From an uncultured Salinivenus sp. (GTDB lineage: Bacteria; Bacteroidota; Rhodothermia; Rhodothermales; Salinibacteraceae), in the NCBI GenBank assembly GCA_964519235.1, contig CAZFJR010000002.1, positions 1,334 to 65,333 of the forward strand: 64,000 bases of DNA, in the 5' to 3' direction. The position numbers were made by a program, and so were the translations under genes. Shown piece after piece: positions 1-10,077 of the stretch. How positions within the stretch are numbered: the first letter of the stretch is position 1; each line of letters begins with the position of its first letter. Under the pieces are notes generated by a model that was not told where the DNA came from, did no database searches, and saw only the letters and a program-made list of their open reading frames with translations.

Positions 1-1377
1 GGCGACGCCTTCGGGCAGACGGACGCCGGGGCGGGACAGACGGCCCTCGTCGAGTACGTGAGCGCCAATCCCACCGGTCCCCTCAACGTGGGCCACGGCC
101 GCAACGCGGTCCTCGGCGACACCCTCGCCACCCTGCTCGACTGGACTGGCTACGACGTCACGCGTGAGTACTACTACAACGACGCCGGGCGGCAGATGCG
201 GGTGCTCGCGCAGTCGGTGCGCGCCCGCTACAAGGCGCTCGCCGGGGCCGCAGGCACCACGACGATGACGCTCGACGACGGGACGACTGTGGAGGTCCCC
301 GAGGGCTTCCCGGAGGACGGGTACCTGGGCCAGTACATCATCGACATCGCCCGGGACCTCTCCGACGAGCACGGCGACGCCCTGCTCGACACGGAGGACC
401 TGACGCCGTTCCGAACGGCGGCCGAAGAGGCCATCTTCGCCGAGATCGAGGCCACCCTGCGGCGGCTCAACATCGAGATGGACGGCTACGCCAACGAGCA
501 GGCGCTGCACGACGACGGCACCGTGCAGGAGATCCTCGACGGCCTGACGGACGCGGGCCTCACCTACGAGAAGGACGGCGCCCTCTGGCTGAAAACCACC
601 GCGTTCGGCACGGAGGACGACACGGTGCTCGTGAAGCAGAGCGGCGAGCCCACCTACCGCACCCCCGACATCGCGTACCACACCACCAAGTTCGAGCGCG
701 GGTACGACCTGATGATCGACGTCTTCGGGGCCGACCACCACGCGGCCTACCCGGACGTCCTCAATGCGCTCGGCGCCCTTGGGTACGACAAAGAGAAGGT
801 CGATGTGGTGCTCTACCAGTTCGTCACCCTCGTGCGGGGCGACGAGCCGGTGAAGATGAGCACGCGCCGCGCGAACTACGTGACGCTCGACGACCTCATC
901 GATGAGGTGGGGGCGGACGTGACGCGCTTCTTCTTCCTCATGCGCTCGCCCGACACGCACCTCAACTTCGACCTGGAACTGGCGGAGGAGGAAAGCGAAA
1001 AAAACCCGGTCTTTTACCTCCAGTACGCCCACGCCCGCATCTGCTCCGTGCTCGACAAAGCGGAGGAGGTGGGCTTCTCGCACGACGACGACGCGGACCT
1101 CTCGCTCTTGACCCACGAGGACGAGATTGCCCTCATCAAGGAACTGCTCCGCTTTCCGCAGGAGCTGGAGAACGCCGCCGATGCGCGCGCGCCTCACTTC
1201 GTCCCCAACTACCTGCGCGACGTGGCGACGGCCTTCTCGCAGTTCTACGACAACTGCCGCATCATCGGGGAAGAGGACGCCCTGGCCTCCGCCCGCATGC
1301 GCCTCGCCCTCGCCGCCAAGACGGTCCTGAAGAACGGCCTTACCGTGCTCGGCATCGGCGCCCCGCGCCAGATGTGA
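1..1377 (+). CDS. argS: Arginine--tRNA ligase (5' end outside window)
   Basis: Frame open from base 1; VEYVSANPTGPLNVGHGR (HIGH region), KMSTR motif, YLQYAHARICS, C-terminal DALR anticodon domain. Confidence 0.97.
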   Translation, partial: GDAFGQTDAGAGQTALVEYVSANPTGPLNVGHGRNAVLGDTLATLLDWTGYDVTREYYYNDAGRQMRVLAQSVRARYKALAGAAGTTTMTLDDGTTVEVPEGFPEDGYLGQYIIDIARDLSDEHGDALLDTEDLTPFRTAAEEAIFAEIEATLRRLNIEMDGYANEQALHDDGTVQEILDGLTDAGLTYEKDGALWLKTTAFGTEDDTVLVKQSGEPTYRTPDIAYHTTKFERGYDLMIDVFGADHHAAYPDVLNALGALGYDKEKVDVVLYQFVTLVRGDEPVKMSTRRANYVTLDDLIDEVGADVTRFFFLMRSPDTHLNFDLELAEEESEKNPVFYLQYAHARICSVLDKAEEVGFSHDDDADLSLLTHEDEIALIKELLRFPQELENAADARAPHFVPNYLRDVATAFSQFYDNCRIIGEEDALASARMRLALAAKTVLKNGLTVLGIGAPRQM

Positions 1378-1512
1378 GAGCGGGAGAGCGTGGGTGTGGA
1401 GTGCGCGCGGGGTGTGTGTAGAGGGGGTAGGAGCGCGGGCAAAACGAAAAACGCGACTCTCGACTCTCGATCCTCTATCCGTCGCCTCTCGCCCTTCACC
1501 TATCGCCCTTCG

Positions 1513-1866
1513 TCACCGTCGATCCGCCACTGTGGGCCGCGAAATCGACGCCTCCTCAAGAAGCGCGTCCAGTTCCAGCATCGTCACCGCCCCGTCGAGC
1601 AGCGCATCGAGGCGAAGGACCTCGTCGGAATCGAGTACAACCGTCGGGTGGTCCTCCACGCGCAGCTGCCACCGACAGTCCCGCTCACAGTGATAGACCT
1701 CGCTCGCCAGCGACAGGGTCGTTTCCCGCAGGTCTGGCACGTCCGCCGGCGCAAGGCGCCACTGCATGCTGCCCAGCGCAATTTGCACACGTCCGCAGCT
1801 TGTCCACTCTACAGAGCCGTGATCGGTGGTGAAAAGTGCAGGGGTCTCGAACGAAGCAGAAGGCAT
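1513..1866 (-). CDS. Small hypothetical protein with several Cys residues
   Basis: 117-aa ATG ORF filling the gap between argS and lgt; plausible composition; TSCG and HCERDC motifs. Confidence 0.7.
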   Translation of the reverse strand: MPSASFETPALFTTDHGSVEWTSCGRVQIALGSMQWRLAPADVPDLRETTLSLASEVYHCERDCRWQLRVEDHPTVVLDSDEVLRLDALLDGAVTMLELDALLEEASISRPTVADRR

Positions 1867-1903
1867 AGCAAGAAGCCGAGCGGCGGTGGAGAAAATGCTA
1901 CCG

Positions 1904-1929
1904 GTTGTTTAGATCGAATCTAAATCAAC
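1904..1929. promoter_or_regulatory. AT-rich palindromic operator, Fur-family-like box
   Basis: TTTAGAT-CGA-ATCTAAA (1908-1924) flanked by GTTG/CAAC, in the divergent promoter region. Confidence 0.6.
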
Positions 1930-2041
1930 GAGGTTTCCGGAACGAGAAATTTCGCGTGTAAAGGTTGGGCGAAGCCTTGAACGCGATGGCCCCAAATCGC
2001 TTGGTACAGTGTCGAGCTTTTGACCTTGCCTCCCCCCTCGC

Positions 2042-2869
2042 ATGCTCCTACAGATTTACTGGGACGTCGACCCAACCCTCTTTCGGCTGGGGCCGCTGGC
2101 GCCGCGCTGGTACGGCCTGCTGTTCGCCACCGGATTTCTTGTCGGGTTCTACCTCATGCGGCATGTTTTTCGGCGGGAGGACCGGCCAGTGCAGGATCTT
2201 GACTTTCTGCTGTTTTACCTCCTGGGCGGCACCGTCATCGGTGCCCGGCTGGGACACATTTTGTTTTACGCCCCGGAGTACTACTTCAACAATCCGCTCG
2301 AAATTCCCATGATCCAGCGGGGGGGGCTGGCCAGCCACGGCGGCCTCATCGGGGTGGTGCTTGCCATCTGGATCTACTGCCAGCGCCGCGACGACCAGCC
2401 CTTCCTGTGGCTGCTTGACCGCCTGGCCGCCCCCGTGGCCCTCACCGGTAGCCTCATCCGGCTGGGCAATTTCTTTAACTCCGAAATCCTCGGCACGCCC
2501 ACCGACCTTCCGTGGGGCGTCGTCTTTGAACGGGCCGCCCGCATTCGCCCCAACATCGAGGCCGTGCCGCTGCATCCCGTGCAGCTGTACGAGTCCGTCT
2601 GTTACTTTCTCATCTTTGTGCTGCTCTGGCGCCTCTACCAGCGCTGGGGCGCCGAGGCGCCGCGTGGCCAGCTGGTGGGGATGTTCTTTGCGCTCATCTT
2701 CGGCGCCCGCATCGTACTGGAGTTCTTCAAGCTCCGGCAGATTCACTTCGAGGCAACGCTGCCGCTGGGTCTGAGCATGGGACAGCTCCTCAGCATCCCC
2801 GCCGTAGCACTGGGCCTCTGGCTTTGGATTCGGGCGGAAACACCGTCCTCCTCCCCCGTCCGCTCGTAG
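2042..2869 (+). CDS. lgt: Prolipoprotein diacylglyceryl transferase
   Basis: RWYG, GARLGH, GGLASHGG, RLGNFFNSE and HPVQLYES motifs; multiple TM helices. Confidence 0.97.
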   Translation: MLLQIYWDVDPTLFRLGPLAPRWYGLLFATGFLVGFYLMRHVFRREDRPVQDLDFLLFYLLGGTVIGARLGHILFYAPEYYFNNPLEIPMIQRGGLASHGGLIGVVLAIWIYCQRRDDQPFLWLLDRLAAPVALTGSLIRLGNFFNSEILGTPTDLPWGVVFERAARIRPNIEAVPLHPVQLYESVCYFLIFVLLWRLYQRWGAEAPRGQLVGMFFALIFGARIVLEFFKLRQIHFEATLPLGLSMGQLLSIPAVALGLWLWIRAETPSSSPVRS

Positions 2870-3014
2870 GCGTCGGCGGACGCTGCGTTGGGCGGCATTC
2901 TCGGCGGAACGGGATCACGGGCAAGACCCGCCCCTTCGCAGTTGATGCTCCTCCGGATGGGTTTCTTTTTGTGGGCAGCCCCGCACCTCTTTCAAAGACC
3001 GCAAATCTACCCGA

Positions 3015-4889
3015 ATGACTGCCCGATCGCCATTGCTGGCCCTGGTGCTCGCCCTGCTCCTCAGCGCCCCCACCCATGGCCAGCCCCCCGCGCCCCCAAC
3101 ACCCGACGCGCTCCGCGACTCCATCGAATCCGTTCTCGACCGCACCGGCGCGCCGGGCGCCGGCATCGTGCTCTTCTCCGCCGACTCGATTCGGTGGGAG
3201 GGCTACTTTGGCGTCGCCGACCGGGCCGAAGACCGCCCCGTCACCGAAGAAACCGTCTTCCGCGCCGGCTCCGTCTCCAAGAGCTTCGTCTCCGCCACGG
3301 CCCTGGTGCTCGCACAAAACGGGCAGTTGGACCTGCAGGCCCCGGTCCGCGACCGGGTGCCGGAGATCGAGATCCAGAATCCGTGGGCCGACACTGATCC
3401 GGTGCGGGTGGCCCACCTGCTCGAACATACGGCCGGGTTCGACGACCTGGAGATCCACGAGTACGTGTCCCGCTCGCCGGACTTCACGCTGCGGGAGGGG
3501 CTCGCCATCAACCCGGCCAGCCGGACGGTGCGCTGGCAGCCCGGGATGTACTACTCCTACTCCAACGCGGGCCCACCGGTGGCCGCCTACCTCCTTCAGC
3601 AAAAGACCGGGCAGCCGTTCGAGGCGCTCGTTGTCGACCGCATTTTTGAACCGCTCAGGATGACGGCCTCAAGTTTTCGGCGCGACGAGCGAGTCCGGGC
3701 CCATCTCGCCACCGGCTACGCGGCGGACGGGGAGACGGAGGCCCCGTACGTTCACATTGGGCTGCGCCCGTCTGGGGCGCTGAACGCACGTCCGACCGAC
3801 CTGGCGCGCTTTGGGCAGATGCTCCTCGGGCGGGGCTCGCACGGGGACACCACGCTGCTCGATAGTGCTTTGGTGAAGCGCATGGAGACGCCCCACACGT
3901 CGCTCGCTGCCCGGAACGGGTTGGAAACGGGGTACGGCCTCGGAAACTCGGCGTCCGTGGAGAACGGCTTTGTCTACCAGGGGCACGGGGGCGCCATCGA
4001 CGGCTTTGTGGCGGAGTACGGATACCTGCCGGGGCACGACCGCGGCTTCGTGGTGATGCTCAACAGCCAGGACAGCGACACACAGGGCCAGATCCTGGAC
4101 CTTGTGCGGAGCTACCAGACCCGCTCCCTGACGCCGTCTGAGCCGCCCCCGGTGGCGGACGTGCCAGCCGATACACTCGCCCGATTTGCCGGGCACTACG
4201 TCTCCTTCACGCCCCGCAACGAAATCGCCCACTTCGTCGAGCGGCTGCTCGGCATCGTCCACGTCGACACGACGGCGAACGGGCTCACCACCAATCCGGC
4301 GCTCGGCACCGCCGACACACTCCTGCCCGTCCAGGCACAGCAGTTCCGCAGCCCCTCCGAGCCGGTCGTCACCGCCGTCTTCGCCCGCGACGCCTCGGGG
4401 GACTGGGTCCTGTCGGGGGACGGCGCGGCCGTCAACGGCACTCTGCGGCCCGTGTCTGCCGTCTCGGTCTGGGGGCGGTGGATCGTCGCGGGCCTCTCCC
4501 TCTTTTTCCTGTTGACGCCCCTTCTCTTCGCCCTCTACTGGGTGCCGGCAAAGGCGTTTGGGCGGCTGCAAATTCCGGAGTCGATCCATCTCCGCCTCTG
4601 GCCGCTCCTGGCTCCGGTCACGCTCTTCGGGGCGTTCGCGCTGCTCGGAATGGCCCTCGGCGATCCCATCCCCCGCCTCGGCACGCCCACCGTGTACTCC
4701 ATCGGCTACGCCGTGCTGACCCTCGCGTACGGCGCTGCGACCCTTGCCGGGCTGTGGGCCCTGGTCCGCAGCCGCACTCGCGCCCACGGCGGCACCTGGA
4801 CCTATCACCTGTTCGTGGTTGGGGCCGAACTCATCGTTCTCGTCTACCTCGGCGCCCACAGCCTCATCGGCCATCGCTTCTGGACGTGA
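3015..4889 (+). CDS. Serine hydrolase (beta-lactamase class C family) with C-terminal TM helices
   Basis: Signal peptide; SVSK (SxxK), YSN, LLEHTAG and HGG motifs; about 4 C-terminal TM segments. Confidence 0.9.
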   Translation: MTARSPLLALVLALLLSAPTHGQPPAPPTPDALRDSIESVLDRTGAPGAGIVLFSADSIRWEGYFGVADRAEDRPVTEETVFRAGSVSKSFVSATALVLAQNGQLDLQAPVRDRVPEIEIQNPWADTDPVRVAHLLEHTAGFDDLEIHEYVSRSPDFTLREGLAINPASRTVRWQPGMYYSYSNAGPPVAAYLLQQKTGQPFEALVVDRIFEPLRMTASSFRRDERVRAHLATGYAADGETEAPYVHIGLRPSGALNARPTDLARFGQMLLGRGSHGDTTLLDSALVKRMETPHTSLAARNGLETGYGLGNSASVENGFVYQGHGGAIDGFVAEYGYLPGHDRGFVVMLNSQDSDTQGQILDLVRSYQTRSLTPSEPPPVADVPADTLARFAGHYVSFTPRNEIAHFVERLLGIVHVDTTANGLTTNPALGTADTLLPVQAQQFRSPSEPVVTAVFARDASGDWVLSGDGAAVNGTLRPVSAVSVWGRWIVAGLSLFFLLTPLLFALYWVPAKAFGRLQIPESIHLRLWPLLAPVTLFGAFALLGMALGDPIPRLGTPTVYSIGYAVLTLAYGAATLAGLWALVRSRTRAHGGTWTYHLFVVGAELIVLVYLGAHSLIGHRFWT

Positions 4890-5065
4890 CCGCCTCGCGG
4901 ACACGAAGACCGTTGATTGAGGGGACCCCGCCCCCTCCCATTCACCCGTTCCCAGACGCCCCCCTTTCGCCCTCTCCCTCACTCCCAAAAAGTTGACCCT
5001 CTCCCCGCGCTGTACAAGATTGTGGGCGGTTTCGATAGCGCTTCCCCACTGGTTCCCACCAACCC

Positions 5066-6262
5066 GTGTTTTCGTCCCCCCTGGTGTCCGACCCGATGGC
5101 CATCGCCGCGCTCTTCAGCGCCGTCCTCGGGTTCGTCTTTTGGCTGGACTCGTTCGACGTCTTCGAGCCGATCTTCAAGTACCTTCCGCCCGTCATCTGG
5201 GCGTACTTCGTGCCGATGCTCCTGACCACCGCGGGCATTACCCCGGCCGAGAGTCCGGTCTACGACTGGATGTCGACCTACCTCCTGCCCTTCTCGCTCT
5301 TCCTGTTGATGATCACGGTCGACCTGAAGGCGATTCTCCGGCTGGGGCCGATGGCGCTATTTATGATGTGCGCGGGCACGCTCGGCATCATGGTGGGCGG
5401 CCCGGTCGTGTTTGCCCTCTTCGGGGGGTTCTTCGAGGACCCGGTGGCCTGGAAAGGGTTCGCCGCGCTGTCGGGCAGCTGGATCGGCGGCACGGCCAAC
5501 ATGATGGCCATGAAGCAGAGCGTGGGCACGCCGGACAGCACGCTGGGCCCCCTCCTGGTGGTGGACGTGGTGGCGGGGTACGGCTGGATGGGCGTGCTCA
5601 TCTTCCTGAGTGCCTACCAGGCGCAGTTCGACGGCTGGATGGACGCGGACACCTCGGCCATGGACCGCCTCAACGAGAAGATGAAAAACGCCGACGACAA
5701 CCGGCGCCCCGTCATGCTCCGCGACTTTGCGGTGATGATTGGAATCGCCCTCGCGGCCACCGTCGGGGCAAAAGCCCTCGCCGGCACGCTGCCGGAACTG
5801 GGCAGCCCAACGGTCATCACCACGAGTACGTGGGCCATCCTGATCGTGGTGACCGGAGGGCTGCTGCTCTCGTTCACGCCGCTGCAGGACATGGAGGAGG
5901 TGGGCGCGTCGCGGCTCGGCTACTTTGCCCTGTACCTGCTCCTCACGTCCATCGGCGCCAAGGCCGATCTCGCTGCGGTCCTGGATGTGCCGCTCTACCT
6001 GCTCGCGGGTGTGGTCTGGATTCTCATCCACATTGCGTTTCTCATGGCCGCGGCGCGAATGGTGAAGGCGCCCCTCTTCTTCGTGGCCACCGGCAGCATG
6101 GCCAACGTGGGCGGGGCTGCCAGCGCCCCCATCGTGGCGGGCGTCTACCTCCCGGCCATGGCCCCGGTGGGCCTGCTCATGGGCGTAGCGGGGTACATCC
6201 TTGGCATCTACGCGGCCCTCGGCTGCAGCTGGCTCATCGGGCTGGTGGCCGTGGGCCTCTGA
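5066..6262 (+). CDS. DUF819 family membrane protein
   Basis: Polytopic membrane protein; SWIGGTAN and SMANVGGAASAP motifs; start may be ATG 5096. Confidence 0.85.
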   Translation: MFSSPLVSDPMAIAALFSAVLGFVFWLDSFDVFEPIFKYLPPVIWAYFVPMLLTTAGITPAESPVYDWMSTYLLPFSLFLLMITVDLKAILRLGPMALFMMCAGTLGIMVGGPVVFALFGGFFEDPVAWKGFAALSGSWIGGTANMMAMKQSVGTPDSTLGPLLVVDVVAGYGWMGVLIFLSAYQAQFDGWMDADTSAMDRLNEKMKNADDNRRPVMLRDFAVMIGIALAATVGAKALAGTLPELGSPTVITTSTWAILIVVTGGLLLSFTPLQDMEEVGASRLGYFALYLLLTSIGAKADLAAVLDVPLYLLAGVVWILIHIAFLMAAARMVKAPLFFVATGSMANVGGAASAPIVAGVYLPAMAPVGLLMGVAGYILGIYAALGCSWLIGLVAVGL

Positions 6263-6281
6263 GCCGTCGGGGGACAGAGGG

Positions 6282-7118
6282 TCAGAACGGGAGATCGCTG
6301 TCGGGCTCGAAGCTTTCGTTCTGCCGCAGGACCTCTTCGTCCTTGATCATCTCAATCGCGTCGTCCACCTGTCCTACCGTAAGCCGCTCTACCGACGAGA
6401 CGCCCATCGCATCCAGCACGCGACTGAGGTAGCCCTCGTCGCGCCCTGCGTACTGCACAAAGCCGTGTAGCTTGTCGGCGAGGGGCCCGTCCGGAATCGT
6501 CGTCTCCCCAACAAGCTGGTCCGACGGGTGGCCCTGCACGCGGGCCTGGAGGGCGGTTGCGGCGCGCTCGATCTCGGCCCGGGATGCGCCTTGCTCCGCC
6601 TGCGGCGTGCGCTGCTCCTGCGCGGACGATGGGCTGGACGACGCGGTGGCCTCGGGGCCGGCGGGTGACGCGGCGGGGGACGATTCCGGCGGGGACGCCT
6701 CGGTCCGCTGTGCTCCTGCGTCGGCGTCTCCCCGTGACGGGCCCTGCTCCGCAGACGTCTCTACGCGATTGCCCTCCGGGTCAATCTCCCACGTCCTCCC
6801 CTGCTCCCGGTCGTAGGCCTCAATGTTTTGGTCGTACCCCACGTAAATGCCAAGGGGGTTGTTGTCGGTCACGCCGATGTCGAGGGTGTAGTTCGTGGAC
6901 CCGTCGTAGGCGCGCAGTCGCATTTTGTCGAACGTACCCCGCTCGCCCTCCAGGTCGCGATCGTAGATCAGGCGCACCTCTTTCGCCCCCGCGGCGCGGC
7001 GCAGCCGCTGTTCGGCGCGCTGGATCTCGCGGATGATCTCCTGGCAGTGGGCCAGCTCTTTGAGGTCGCCCTCGAACGAAAACGAAAGGTCGCCAATCGT
7101 GAAGTGACCGGTTGGCAT
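6282..7118 (-). CDS. Hypothetical protein with an SSB-like acidic C-terminal tip (DSDLPF)
   Basis: 278-aa ORF with host-like codon usage; two domains joined by an S/A/P linker. Confidence 0.8.
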   Translation of the reverse strand: MPTGHFTIGDLSFSFEGDLKELAHCQEIIREIQRAEQRLRRAAGAKEVRLIYDRDLEGERGTFDKMRLRAYDGSTNYTLDIGVTDNNPLGIYVGYDQNIEAYDREQGRTWEIDPEGNRVETSAEQGPSRGDADAGAQRTEASPPESSPAASPAGPEATASSSPSSAQEQRTPQAEQGASRAEIERAATALQARVQGHPSDQLVGETTIPDGPLADKLHGFVQYAGRDEGYLSRVLDAMGVSSVERLTVGQVDDAIEMIKDEEVLRQNESFEPDSDLPF

Positions 7119-7438
7119 GGGTCTGTTGTCAATCCGCGGCAGAGTGTCGTAACGGTTTCCCTCGAACGCCCCCTACGCCCCCCAAGAGTGCGAGCGAGCG
7201 TTGCCCTTTGCCAAGGCAAGACCCGCCCAAACAGCGCGGATGCCCGGCGCCGGAAAGGCAGCGCGAGGCGCAAACGCAAGCGGGGCATCTGCATTCGCTG
7301 TGCGCCCCCTGTGCATGCGTGCATGTGCGTGATGTGTCTGTGGGGTGTACGGAGCGGCCCCGCATCGGATCCTGAGGCGGCCCCTGTCGCCTCCCCGCAT
7401 TTCTCCGCGGACGCGTGCGTTTGCTGTGGGCGCAGCCC

Positions 7439-8260
7439 CTACAGCCGGCGCAGGGCCGGCCGGGGCACCCATCCCGCCGTCCGGTCTCGCAGTTGTACGC
7501 GCACCCAGTCGCCCTGCGGCCGACGAATGCGCAGGACGGCGCCCTCGGGCAGTGTGGTGTCCGCGGTGGCAGTGGGGGCCGGGCCACGACGGACGGGCAC
7601 CGAGTCGCCGACTGCTACGGCCCGAGACTCGCCGGCGTACAGGACCGAGCCCCCCACGGAGAGGGCCAAAAGCAGCAGCCCGCCGCCGACCGCCCCCTGC
7701 ACCGTGCCCGTCCGCCACGCACCCCACTGGTCTGCGTCGGCCCGCCCCGTGGCGACGAAGAGCCCCACTCCGAGCGCGAGCGCGCCTCCCCAAAACAGAA
7801 GCAGCAGCCACCCGCCGCTTCGGAAAATAGAAGGACCGCGCGCCGGGCGTCCTCCCTGCGGCAGGCCCGCCTGTCCCCGCACGTACTGCAGGTTGTGTCG
7901 CAGGCGCGGGTCTTCGGGACGCAACTGGCGCGCCTTCTCGTAGGCCCAGACGGCCGGTCCGGTTCGGCCAAGCCGCACGTAGGCGTTGCCCAGGTTGTGG
8001 TAGAGCGCCGCGCTCGCCTGTCCGGCGTCGAGCACCGCCCGGTAGCCGTCCACGGCGCGCTTGTACTGCCCCTGCGCGTACGCTTCGTTGGCAGTCTCGA
8101 AGCGGGCCGGCGCCGCGTCGGGCTGCGCGGCCGCCGGGGCGCCCCATAGGACAAGTCCCCCGATAAGGAGACCGAGGCGAAACCAGAACGATGAAGAGTG
8201 GAGCACGGGGCGCATGAAGGGGGGGACGCCTGGAGGAGCAACGGGCACGACCCAGCGCAT
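7439..8260 (-). CDS. batE: BatE-like TPR/SH3 protein
   Basis: ANEAY..G.Y TPR, LYHNLGNAY, HNL, two TM helices, C-terminal LPEG...GWV SH3b; last gene of the Bat operon. Confidence 0.85.
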   Translation of the reverse strand: MRWVVPVAPPGVPPFMRPVLHSSSFWFRLGLLIGGLVLWGAPAAAQPDAAPARFETANEAYAQGQYKRAVDGYRAVLDAGQASAALYHNLGNAYVRLGRTGPAVWAYEKARQLRPEDPRLRHNLQYVRGQAGLPQGGRPARGPSIFRSGGWLLLLFWGGALALGVGLFVATGRADADQWGAWRTGTVQGAVGGGLLLLALSVGGSVLYAGESRAVAVGDSVPVRRGPAPTATADTTLPEGAVLRIRRPQGDWVRVQLRDRTAGWVPRPALRRL

Positions 8261-10077
8261 CAGTGGGGAGCGGCGGGGTCCTGCCGATCGAGGTCGCGGA
8301 GGAGGGCTTCGGCGGCCTCGAGCAATGCATCGGGGTCGGCGGGCGGCGCTGTGTCGGCGGGGGCGTACCGGGACTCATTGCAGCGACGGAGCACGGTGCG
8401 AAGGCGGTTGCGGAGCGCCCTCGGCACGTCGTGGTGCCTGAGGTGCCGGTCGAGGCGACTCGGCGTCTGCGGCCACGCGTCAAGGCCGAGCTGGTCCATC
8501 ACGGCGGTGCGGAGCGCCTGCTCAAGGGCCTCGCAGACCGCCTGCGCGTCTCCGTCTGCACAATGACGGCGGGCGGCCTCCAGCCGATCGGGCCCCGCGG
8601 GAGCAGACGACAGGGAGGGGACCGAAGCGGGGCGCTGCCGTCTCCAGCGGCGGAACACCAGGCCTGCCACGGCGCCCCCCACCGGCAGCAGCAGGGCCCA
8701 GTAGATCCACGGCCGCCGGTACAGCGGGGCTGTGTTGGTGGGCCCCCACTGCGCCTCGTTCGCCGTCATGAGTTCCGCCACATCGCCCACCGGCAGGCCG
8801 GTGCCCGTGCGCCCCACGGCCCGCGGAGCCGCCGTCCCCGCGACCTGTAGGACGGGGCCGCGCGCCCGAAGCGTCTGGTACTGCTGCTTTTCGGGATCGA
8901 AATAGGAAAATGCAACCCGGGGAACAGCGTGGCGCCCGCCCGTGCGGGGGACGAGGGTGTACGTGAACGTTTTCGTGCCGCGAAGGGAGCGTCCGTTGCG
9001 CTCCACGTCGGTCTCAACGGTCGGCTCGTACACATCGAGGCCCGGCACCGAGTCGAGACGCGGGGGCGCGAGGGTCGTCAGGGTGCCCTGCCCCTCCACC
9101 CGCACCGTCAGGGAAAGCGGACGCCCCACCGCCGCACTGTCGGCCTCCACCCGTGTGGTCATGTCGAACTGGCCCACAGCACCGTCGAACAATGCAGGAG
9201 CGGGGTCCGGAAGCGGGCGTACGCGCACCGAGAGGGTGCGCGAGGCGAGCTGCACCGGCCGGAACCGTCCGCGCAGGGACGCCCCGCCTCCCCGTGCCTG
9301 CACGGGGCCCTGCGCCTCTGTCTCGATGCGAAGAGGGTCGACCCGCAGCGTGCCGGGGCGGGTGGGAAACAGCGCCACGCGCTTCAGAACGACCGTTTCG
9401 TATTGTCGCCCGTAGGCGTGCTGCGTTCGCGGGGTGGGACGAGACGCCACGTTGAGCTCCTCCCGCCAAAACCCCGGCGCGTCCCACGAGTCGGCCAGGC
9501 GGCTGTGCCGAAGGCGGATGCCGGGGCGAAAGAACAGACGGTACTCGACAACGACCTGCTCGTTCTGGTACGCCTGCCCGGCTGTCGAAGTGGCCCGAAC
9601 GAAGAGGTCTCGCGTGTCGAGGGAGGCCCGCGCGCCGCCCTCGGGCCCCCGAAGGGTCGGCCCGGCGGCCGTGTCGGAGGCCGGCAGCACCCGGAGTTCA
9701 AGAGGAGCGGTCGTGTACTCCTCCCCTCGCACCACCACCGTGACGGGCTGGATGCGTGCGGCACCGGCCCGTTGCGCCCGAAATCGCCACGAGTAGGTGA
9801 CCGTGCGGCGGAGCCCTCCCCCCTGCGTGGACCGCGTGCGCCGGACATCGGGGCGCTGCTGGCGCGGCTGCAGGTGGACGGCGGCAGGGCGCCTGGGGGT
9901 GCGAATCACGGTGGCCGGTGCGCCTTGTACCTGCACGGTGAGCACAACGGCGTCGCCCACCGTGACCTCCATCGGCTCGGCCTGGGCCGTCACGCGCACC
10001 GAGGCGTCTTGGGCCCTGGCCCCGGGCACCAGCACGGCGGGAAGGGCAATCAGAAGGACAACAAGCCGCAGAAGCAT
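8260..10077 (-). CDS. batD: BatD family protein
   Basis: Signal peptide from ATG 10077; ALFPTRPG, FDGAVGQF, GTKTFTYTLVP and FSYFDP motifs; C-terminal TM. Confidence 0.9.
   Translation of the reverse strand: MLLRLVVLLIALPAVLVPGARAQDASVRVTAQAEPMEVTVGDAVVLTVQVQGAPATVIRTPRRPAAVHLQPRQQRPDVRRTRSTQGGGLRRTVTYSWRFRAQRAGAARIQPVTVVVRGEEYTTAPLELRVLPASDTAAGPTLRGPEGGARASLDTRDLFVRATSTAGQAYQNEQVVVEYRLFFRPGIRLRHSRLADSWDAPGFWREELNVASRPTPRTQHAYGRQYETVVLKRVALFPTRPGTLRVDPLRIETEAQGPVQARGGGASLRGRFRPVQLASRTLSVRVRPLPDPAPALFDGAVGQFDMTTRVEADSAAVGRPLSLTVRVEGQGTLTTLAPPRLDSVPGLDVYEPTVETDVERNGRSLRGTKTFTYTLVPRTGGRHAVPRVAFSYFDPEKQQYQTLRARGPVLQVAGTAAPRAVGRTGTGLPVGDVAELMTANEAQWGPTNTAPLYRRPWIYWALLLPVGGAVAGLVFRRWRRQRPASVPSLSSAPAGPDRLEAARRHCADGDAQAVCEALEQALRTAVMDQLGLDAWPQTPSRLDRHLRHHDVPRALRNRLRTVLRRCNESRYAPADTAPPADPDALLEAAEALLRDLDRQDPAAPH

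Noticed and set aside
3015-4889. Antibiotic-resistance beta-lactamase
   Set aside because: SxxK hydrolases with C-terminal TM helices are more often peptidases or esterases; no evidence for resistance
7231-7301. c-di-GMP-I riboswitch or SRP RNA
   Set aside because: Only fragments (GAAA loop, GCAAA, GCAGC) resemble those families; conserved cores are not matched and the orientation is opposite to the flanking genes
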